A DNA stretch of 64,000 nucleotides from the human T2T-CHM13v2.0 reference genome, Homo sapiens. Numbering within the stretch: position 1 is the stretch's first letter; the number at the start of each line of letters is the position of its first letter. The DNA is taken from NCBI RefSeq assembly GCF_009914755.1, contig NC_060930.1; one strand, given 5' to 3'. Of this stretch, positions 54,548 to 64,000 are shown piece after piece. The position numbers and the translations under genes are program-made. Below the pieces are notes generated by a model, which was not told the DNA's origin, did not search any database, and saw nothing but the letters and a program-made list of their open reading frames with translations.

Positions 54548-54780
54548 GGGAGACAGCATGGTGTAGAGGCTAAGAATGCAGTGACTGGAGCCAATTAGGC
54601 TGGGTTGGAAACCTGTATCATTGCTTACTAACTGGGTAAACTTGGGCAGGTCACTCAGCATCTCTGATAATAATATTGACTTAAGCCTAGGATTGTTACA
54701 AGAATAAATTGGTTAATATGTGTAAAGATCTTAGTACTAGACTCAGAATAAGTATCATATAAATATTACTGTTAATTATC
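54548..54780 (+). mobile_element. MIR
   Basis: GGAGACAGCATGGTGTAGAGGCTAAGAATGCA...CTTACTAACTGGGTAAACTTGGGCAGGTCACT. Confidence 0.75.
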
Positions 54781-55959
54781 ACCATGAAAGCACAAGGCTT
54801 ACTGAGATTATATGATTAACTTACTCTGCAGTGGAGAGGAGGAGGGTAAACAGAAGGAGATTTGACCAACAGCTGCTGCCAAGCTTTATGACTCGGAGGA
54901 GATAAGGGTTGTAGATGTATTTATTATCTTCTGTGGAAAGAAAAATGATCTTCTGTGGCAAAATTCAATCAAATCTACATTATCTAATTGAAGCACATCC
55001 AAGGGACACATTTTGTTTTTAATAGAAACATTAATCTGAAAGCAGGCTTAATTTTTTAAATCAAAAGAGATTTGTAACAGGGATATGGCAAACAAAATTT
55101 ATTTTCCTTATGGAATGTAAAAATAGTGTACTGTAAAATAATCTTATTTTGATTTGCACTATAGCAAAAGACAACAAATGCAATTTGCTAATTCCATTTT
55201 TCCTCTAACACTAAAATAGGTAATCATAAATTGTATAGTATTGAATTTGGCCAAGGTCGGTCAAAGCTCACATAGTCTTCTGATATTTTAATTTCCTAGG
55301 TGAAATGGTAAGTTTTCCTTTTTTAGAAAAATATATCTCCCATGACTCTCTATTTGGTAAAAGTTTATATATTTCTTATTATATATTTATCTTATAAATA
55401 ATGAATAATACACCCATATCTCTAACATAGGGGGCTGATTTTAACTAAAACTTCTTTCAGAACTCAACTAAATTATTTTGGAACTAAAGACTGTTCAAAT
55501 TTCAATTTATATTTGTTTGATTTATTCATTTTATTCAACTATTACTCACATCATACCCAAATTGGTATTTTCTGAAGTAGTCACATTTCCAACAAATGAA
55601 ATCTACTTCATGGCAAACGATTTTTATCATAGGCTGAAATCATAAATACATTTGGTAAAGAAACAAATTACGAAGAAAACTTGCAATTTCACTATCAAAC
55701 AAAAAAAAATCTAACATATAGGCTCCTGTCAATATTTTTCTTTCATATCACACTGAAGTTTATTGTTTTGTTTAAAGCAGACATGCTAATTAAAAAATAT
55801 TTTCTAACATAACAGTTTTACATTTTCAGAGAAGAATTACTTTATGACCAAAATTGTAGAGGTATGATTAACCTTAAAACATTTTAATACGTATAAATGA
55901 ATATTTTACACTTTGTATAAACCAATTTGAAAGTAGCATTGAAAAGCTTTTAGTTGTAA

Positions 55960-56520
55960 TTTTTAGTTGAGGTATAATTTATATAATGTAAAATGCACAG
56001 AACTTAAGTGTTCACATTCACGAGGTTTGACAACTGTATTCCTCCAAATAGCTACCAACCAACACAAAATATAGAATATTTCCATCACCCAAAATGTTTC
56101 ATCATTCCTCTTACCAGTCAATCTGAAGTACCACTCTCAGTGGTAGCTCCTTTATCTCAATATAATGTTTTTAAGATTTGTTCATTTTTTTGCCTGTATC
56201 AATAACTCATTTGTATTTCTGGATAGTATTCCATTGCAGGATATGTAACAATTTGATCTTTATTAATCTGTTGATGAATATTTGAGTTGCTCACAGTGTG
56301 CAGCTATTATGAATTAGGGTGTTAGAAATTTTCCTGTATAAGACTGTGGAAACCCATTTTGTTATTTTCATTTTTAAAATGCCTAGATTATGTTGTAACT
56401 GTAAATTAATATTAAGAATGAGTTAAACAATTATTAAAGTGCTACTATTTAACAATTCTACCAGCAGTGTGTGGGAGATGCAGTTTCACATTCTTGCCAG
56501 CACATTTTATTGTCAATTTG
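55960..56520 (-). mobile_element. Old L1 (L1MD/ME) 3' end
   Basis: TTGAGGTATAATTTATATA...AAAATGCACAGAACTTAAGTGT...ATATAGAATATTTCCATCACCC. Confidence 0.75.
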
Positions 56521-58105
56521 AAACATATATCAATATAATTAATTTTAGTATAAAAATAAATAATCTAAAATACTTAAAAATCAACCAAAATTTTGTAGAG
56601 TTAATTCTCATTATATGTAGCTTTAAAATATATTTTCAAGTAATATTATTATTAACCCTTATATATTAGTATTTTAATAATATCTTAGTATTAGCTAAAC
56701 ATTATTCTTTCTTCTCCTCAAAAGCTTTATTCATTAGAGGATATGATGCTCATCTTGAATTAAATTTTGGCAATTTTCACCATGTCTTTTTCTATCAAAA
56801 ATATTTTACATTTGGTTATTTATTACATCTATTAATAATGAATAGATAATTGAATAATAAATGCAATCATTAGCTTACATTAGATACAGGAGATTCATGA
56901 TAGTGCTGCTTAAATATTTCTCAAGAAATTAAAATTAAACTGCATCTTAATTATATTATATAATAATATTATTTCAGAATATTACAAGTAAATTTTTAGA
57001 GATCAAGTCATACAGCTGGATATTTAGGATCCTAAACATACTTTCATTGTTAAAGATATTCTTCAATATTATTAGAGGGTCAATTTGATTAAATAATAAT
57101 TAAGGCATATCGTGTGTAATATCTATTTGAGCTGATCTCAATTACTTCACCACTATTATACATGCAATAGGAGAAATAAACACCACATGTGTCTTTCTGT
57201 AAGTGGCAGGAAAGGGGAAAAATATGAAATAAGATGAACAGAGGCTTAAGAAGCCTATTATTATTTACAAACCAAGCTTTTGTGTCTAACATAGGATTAT
57301 TAGTCAATTTAGAGCTGGCCAAAAACTTGAAATAGATATAAAAATGTCCTCTTTGTTATTTTAAAAGCAATGCACCCCTCCAAAATAATCTCTTTTCCAT
57401 TTTAATATTCTTAGGTTTTAAAGATTAAAGTAGTATTTGTCCTGCTCCCCACCATCAGATTGGCCTCTCCCATGGGTATACTATCTAATTCTACCTTTTT
57501 CTCCATCAAATTTGTACTCTACCTTTAGGATTCATCTCCTTAAGCCACATATCTTACGTTAATCCTTCCCCAAAGTAAGGTTCCATCTCTCTCCTCTAAA
57601 TGTGTATAACATACCTTTCTATAATATATTTAATTCATTTTGCTGCCTTTTAGTATTTACCATCAATTTATTTATATTTACCTTGTTACCCCATATTTTT
57701 TGTTATTCTCTTTGTATGCCTTGTAGTAATTAGCTCAGGGCCTTACATGTGTGGGTAAAAACACACTCATTTTGTTAAGAAAATATAGACCAATTAAACC
57801 CACTTTTGCTCTGAAAAGACAAAACAGAAACATTCCTTGAGAGACATGTTAAAACCAGCTTTGGGCATGTCTATATGTAGAAAATAGAGAGCCAGAAGAA
57901 AAAGATTTAAAGGGCAGATGAAAGTGCAAATGATATTTAGACGATTGCCAGAATGAAACTTGAAAAACTGACAAGTTCTAATGGAGAATTTTGCTAAAAC
58001 AAGAGTTCTGTAATAATCAGACGTACTCGAAATATAGAACAGGTAGTCTCACTGTACTAAAAACAATTGGAATTCAGGGGACACTTTTTAAAAATTAAAA
58101 CCACT

Positions 58106-58397
58106 TAACAATGAGAACACATGGACACAGGAAGGGGAACATCACACTCTGGGGACTGTTGTGGGGTGGGGGGAGGGGGGAGGGATAACATTAGGAGTTA
58201 CACCTAATGCTAAATGACAAGTTAATGGGTGCAGTACACCAACATGGCACATGTATACATATGTAACAAACCTGCACATTGTGCACATGTACCCTAAAAC
58301 TTAAAGTATAATAATAATAAAATAAAATAAAAATAAAAAAATAAACACATTCAATAAAGCCAAGTGAAATCTTTGGCTCACAGTAAAAAAAAAAAAA
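58106..58397 (+). mobile_element. Short young L1 (L1PA3-like) with 3' transduced sequence
   Basis: L1 3'UTR ~58107-58310, first A-rich tail to 58345, unique 58346-58384, second polyA; TSD AAAAATTAAAACCACT (58090-58105 / 58398-58413). Confidence 0.93.
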
Positions 58398-58975
58398 AAA
58401 AATTAAAACCACTAAAGAAAACAATTATAAATTGAATTGACGTTTCTGAGTTAAAATTTTCAGGTTAGCATTATTGTGCTGCCTAGATTTCTTAATTCTC
58501 GTTAAGGAAGAAAATTGTTCTCAAACTACTCTCCAGATCTGAGGACATTTATTTATATGTAGGATTGTCATATAAATTTAGACCACATGAGGACCTCTAA
58601 ATATGATTTAGCTATCTCAAGGAATCAGTAGATAATTATTCTATATCAGCCAATATCCATGTTCTAAACATATAAAGAGAAAGCCTACCATGACATTAAA
58701 AAAATTATTTTGTTTTACCTGCTTAATGCTATTTACTATAGAAAACAATATGATGTAAACGTGTTTTATGGGTATTCCAGCCATAAGCATTCAGATATTA
58801 AAGAACCTAATTTTAGGACAATTTTACTTACTGGATCTTGCTGGCAGTACTCTAGGGAGGCTTTGACCTATAGAATTTTACAAAATATAAAGTTTTTTAT
58901 CTCATAAATTAATCTCCTTTCAGGAAGAAACAACTTTTCATATCATGGATAAAGAGAAACATTTATTTTCATGAG

Positions 58976-59338
58976 TGTGTTAGGGTTCTCCAGAGAAACA
59001 GAACCAGTAGGAGATATGTGATTATAGAGGCTCAGTCCTAAAAGCTGCCATTTACCAGCTGAAGAACCAGGAAGGCCAGTGGAAGTCCTGATATTCTGAG
59101 AGGCAATGCTGGAGATCCCAGTCCCAGACTGAAGGCCTGAGAACCAGGAGCACTGAGGGCAGTAGAATATAATCGCCCTAGCTCAGCTGGTCAGGCAGAG
59201 AAGGAATTCCTCCATCCTTCTTTGTACTATTCATTGTCTTTGGAAACACTCTCACAGGCACATTCAGAAACTATGTTTAACCAGCTATCTGATTATCCAT
59301 TGCCCCGGTCAAGCTGACACGTGAAATTAACCATCACA
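58976..59338 (-). mobile_element. MLT2B-like ERVL LTR
   Basis: TGTGTTAGGGTTCTCCAGAGAAACAGAACCAGTAGG ... GTCAAGCTGACACGTGAAATTAACCATCACA. Confidence 0.88.
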
Positions 59339-60072
59339 ATGTTTCCAAGGGGATGCTAACCATGGTATGTGTGTGTATGTGTGTATATATATATATGTAT
59401 ATAAAGAGCTCTCTTGTCCTCAAGCTTTAGAATCAAGCCACCTTGTTTATCTTATCAACATTTGTCTTGATATCATTTATTAACACAGTCAAAGTGTCCA
59501 CAAGTCATTCATGTTGGTTTCAGAATTACAGTATTAGATTTAGCTAGAGATCCCTAATCAATGTATTAAGTATTTAACTATCCTGCCCCACTTCCACTCC
59601 CTCCAAATAGGTCATGAAACAGGTCTCTCCCATATATGACAAAAACTTATGAACCAGTTCAATGAACAAATCATCAATGTGTTCCATCCAAATTTACAAA
59701 CTTTATTTCAATGAATTCCTTGTTATTACTGACTGAGCTATTTGACATTAAAATTTTTTCCTGAGAATACCTCTGTCATATAAATGAAAACTGATTATCT
59801 AAGTCAGGATGCACACCCACACACAGACATGCACGTGCACACATACATGCACTCTCATTAAAGGTAAACTATACATTTAATATGCTTGTATCAATATGTA
59901 ATTTTACATCTTAATTGCATAAATCAATAAAATATATAAATATAATATAATATATAAATGTAAACTCAGTTTTGACCACCATTGACCTTGAAAGTTATTT
60001 ACAGGTAAAACAACAGCTACCAGTTTCAATTTTATAGTCTTAATTAATTGCCTACCATTTTAACCTATTTGA

Positions 60073-60388
<316 letters not shown>

Positions 60389-60554
60389 TGATTTACTTTT
60401 GTCTTAAGTGTCATTGTCAACTATGTGCCTCAGAAATTTTACAGCCTTTCTCTGAATTGATGCCTTGATAAATAACATGTCTACTGCATCATTCCTGACC
60501 TTTCTGTAAATTTTTATAATAACTCATTCTTCTGCACTCTATTCTGTGGAATAT

Positions 60555-60645
60555 TATAGCATAGAGGCTAAGAGTTCAGGCTCTGAAATCAGAATTCATG
60601 TAATGAAACCTCAGATTCATCTATTTAGTACCTCTATGATTCTGC
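60555..60645 (+). mobile_element. MIR 5' fragment
   Basis: TATAGCATAGAGGCTAAGAGTTCAGGCTCTGAAATCAGA. Confidence 0.6.
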
Positions 60646-62196
60646 CATAAAATGTAAGAGCACAATAAAAAACAGAATAAAGGAAGAAATTAATAAACAT
60701 ATGCAAGAGAGTAAGAGATGATCACATGATCTTTAAAGAAAATGTGTTAGTGGTAGTTCTCCACCAGAATATTTTATTCGCTAATTTTCATATGCTTGTT
60801 TCATATTCTGTTGTGTAGCTAATTAAATTATTGAAAGAAATGATTGACATTTCTATCTCACTCTGAATTTTCACCAGTAACTGTTCTTTCTCAGAGAAAG
60901 AAATATTAGTACCTAATCTAAATTAAAATTATCAGCCTAAACTTTTAAAATTTAAGTAGATTTTGAAATCAGTTTTAAAATATAGCAATTTGGCTTTCAT
61001 TTCTCAACTACAAATTGAACCTTTTACATTATATCTTGAACATGAAATTCTGTAGGGCTGCTATTAATTCAGATTGGTTACCTTGGAAACAGGAGCTTTT
61101 TCTTTTTAACCCATCACTAGTGTCATTCATGTTTTTAAAATAAAAAAATTAAGATGGAATTTAAAAAAGGTAAACTATGTTTTTTCCCATTTTCCATTTA
61201 GGAGACTAGGTAAAGAATAATATATAGCAGCAAAATAACGTTCATTAATAAAAAATATAGCTGGTTATAAATGACATCTGTCATCTACCTCTGGGGCTCC
61301 AATAATACAATCTTCTTGATACATCTCAATTATTCCTAAAATCTCAAGAAGACAATACCTTTTTTTGGTAAAAAAAAAAAAAAAGGCACAGCATACATTG
61401 CTATGCTGTAGCTGTAGCAATGTAGCTACATTGTATGCACAAAGTAGCTAATGTATGCACTGTAAAATCAAAAATGCATACTAATATGCACTGGCAAACT
61501 TGAAAAGTGTATGTACTATATGCACTTTGCTAATGGAACTGAACCTAAGTACAAACAAAATGCCTATGATAGTATTACCGAATGTATACCGAATAGTATT
61601 ACCGAATGTGCAGTTCCACATTAACCACTACCATTAAAAATCTTTGAATAGTAGTTAACAATTAGGAAGAAACAAATGAGTTTATTTTTCACCACAGATT
61701 TTAAGTAGCCATTTCAGTGGTAAATACTAGATGCAAACTGGTTGCCACTTGACCCAAATATGATAAAATAAAATCCCTGGAGATATTACGTCAAAAAATG
61801 AATAAATTAAAGTTATTATTATTGCCCATTTATACTTAAAAAGGTAAGTTTGTTAAAGTAAAAAAGCAAAATCACTAGAGTTTACTAAAATTTTAGGTGT
61901 TTTAAGTTGATTTACCTGTAAAGTACATTACTAAGCATACTACTATATATAAATTATTTAATAAAATGGCAAATCTTTATAGTTAACAAACAGAAGCCAA
62001 TATTTGGTGTCAGAAACTGTAATTCACTGTCAACTTTCTTACAAACAAACGTGAGTCCTTGGGAAATGGCTTTTAAGCTTGCTAACATTAAATTTTGTTT
62101 TTATAATTTATGGGAATAAGCCCTACCAAATAAAATTATTGTTTTATATGGAATTTGGTAATATATGTAAAAAAGATATTGTAGAAAAATTAGGTT

Positions 62197-62832
62197 CAAA
62201 CAAAACCTGCACGCAGATGTTTATTACAGCTTTATTCATAAATGTCAAAACTTGGAGGCAACCAACAGGCCCTGCAGTATGTGAATGGATAAACACACTA
62301 TACTCTGTCCAGACAATGGAATACTATTCAGCACTAAATTGAAATGAGCTATCAAGCCATGAAAAGACATGAAGAAACTTAAATGCATAGTGAACAAAGC
62401 CAATCTGAAAGGCTACATACTGTATGATTCCAACTATATGAAATTCTGGAAAAGGCAAAACTGTGGAGAGAATATAAAGTCTAGTGGTTTCCAGGGGTTA
62501 GGAAGAGAATGGGTGAAAAGGGGCACACAGGATTATTAGGCTGATGAAACTACTCTGTGTGATACTGTAATGGCAGATACACGTTGCTGTACATTTGCCC
62601 AAATCTATGAAATGTACAATACCAAGAGTGAACCTTAGTGTAGACTTTGAGTGATAATGATTCATTCATGTAAGTTTATCAGTTGTAATCAACGTACCAC
62701 TCTGATAGGGGATGTGGAGAGTAGGGAAATCTATGCATGTGTCGGGGCAGGGGCTATATGGGAATTAACTATACATATCCCTCAGTTTTGCTGTGAACTT
62801 AAAATTGCTATAAGAAATAAAGTCTATCAAAA
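62197..62832 (+). mobile_element. L1MC1/2-like 3' end
   Basis: AAAACCTGCACGCAGATGTTTA, GAGCTATCAAGCCATGAAAAGACATG, GCTGTGAACTTAAAATTGCT...AATAAAGTCTAT. Confidence 0.85.
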
Positions 62833-62984
62833 ATATATTGTACAATATGAAAAATATACATGTAAGCAAATGTAAAATTATACATATATCTGCTGTCAAG
62901 GGTCACTAGTTTATATAAATAATTTCAGTGATGTGACACTCAGAAAGATATTGATTAAAATCTTCATTAATATCAGCAAGCTGT

Positions 62985-63298
62985 TAGGAGATCATCTGTT
63001 CTTATGTCCCCACAACAATAATAATTCTGTACACATCTACAGCTAAGACTCTGTGAAAATCTTCAGATGTGGCAGGAGGTTGTGAAATGGAGCCCAAGAC
63101 CTAGGAGAGTCATTTTGAGAGTGCCAGTGCATACTTAAGTGGCAAACCTGCCAGTCATGCTCTGGGGTTCAAACTTGGCCATTGACCTCTTTGGTCTTGA
63201 GCCTGTGACTGAAACCATGTGCCAGGGGGTCCAAGATAAATTTTGCTCACCAGAGCCTTGGCAATCTGGTCTGCCCACTGACATCAGTCTTAGCAGTG
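62985..63298 (+). mobile_element. Possible old L1 5'UTR fragment
   Basis: GC-richer block (GGAGGTTGTGAAA..GAGCCCAAGAC..GGAGAGTCATTTTGAGAG) abutting L1 ORF2; identification tentative. Confidence 0.35.
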
Positions 63299-63299
63299 G

Positions 63300-64000
63300 A
63301 TCAAAAAGTTACCCTGTACTGAAATAAGAGATTGATGCCCACTTTCACCACTTCTATTTAACATAGTACTGGAAGTGCTAGCCAGAGAAATCAAGCAAGA
63401 AAAAGAAATAAAAGGCATCTGAATAGGAAAAGAATAAATAAAACTATTACTACTTATGGATGATATGATTCTGTACCTAGAAAATCCAAAAGACTTCACC
63501 AAAAGGCTCCTGGAACTGATAAACAATTTCAGTAAAGTTTGGGGATACAAAAATCAATGTACAAAAATTAGTAGTATTTCCATTTACCAATAATGTTCAA
63601 GCTAAGAGCTAAAACAAGAGTGCAATTGCATTAAAAATAGCCACACACACATACACACACACACACAATAAAATATGTAGGGGTACAACTAACCAAAGAG
63701 GTGAAAGATCTCTACAAATAAAATTACAAAACATTGCTGTAAAAAATTAGAGATGACACAAACAAATGGAAAAATATTCCATGCCCATGGATTGAAAGAA
63801 TCAATATTGTTAAAGATGGCCATACTGCCCAAAGCAATCTACAAATTCAGTGCTACTCCTATCAAACACCAAAATCATTTTTCACAGAACTGGAAAAAAA
63901 AAGTTATTCTAAAATTTATGTGGAACCAAACAACAGCCTGAATAGACAAGGCACTCCTAAGCAAAAAGAACAAAGCTGGAGGCTCCTGTTACCTGACCTC
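63300..64000 (+). mobile_element. L1PB/L1MA ORF2 (RT region), disabled; continues beyond window
   Basis: GATGCCCACTTTCACCACTTCTATTTAACATAGTACTGGAAG, GATGATATGATTCTGTACCTAGAAAA, MAILPKAIYKF homology. Confidence 0.9.

Noticed and set aside
58160-58185. G-rich, G4-capable tract (C-rich equivalents at ~26065 and ~41130)
   Set aside because: Standard L1 3'UTR polypurine tract, explained by the element

Overview
This is AT-rich, CpG-poor primate genomic DNA, most likely human or great ape given the AluY and L1PA3-like elements. It is dominated by transposable-element fossils, and I can support no protein-coding gene, RNA gene or CRISPR array. The recognisable long ORFs are broken L1 ORF1/ORF2 pieces or Alu/microsatellite read-throughs. 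Main contents: an LTR1-like ERV1 LTR, a full-length but disabled ~6.2 kb L1PA7-like LINE-1 inserted into a MER2, and a near-complete Tigger1 interrupted by an L1PB. There are also several MaLR/ERVL LTRs (MLT1, MLT2, THE1), about 10 Alus, MIR/L2 remnants and MITEs (MER2, MER44, Tigger4a, Tigger13a, MADE1). I found no new biological system. The most notable signals are mechanistic: (1) a short L1 carrying a 39-nt 3' transduction with its own polyA signal and second polyA tail (58.1-58.4 kb); (2) a TSD-flanked ~340-bp L1 joining the extreme 3' end to an inverted ORF1 fragment, with several kb missing (21.8-22.2 kb); (3) three further 5'-inverted (twin-primed) L1s; and (4) an ~85-bp locally templated copy of a MER44 segment 2.4 kb from its source. 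Subfamily calls come from remembered consensus features, not from a database search, and boundaries of old elements are approximate.
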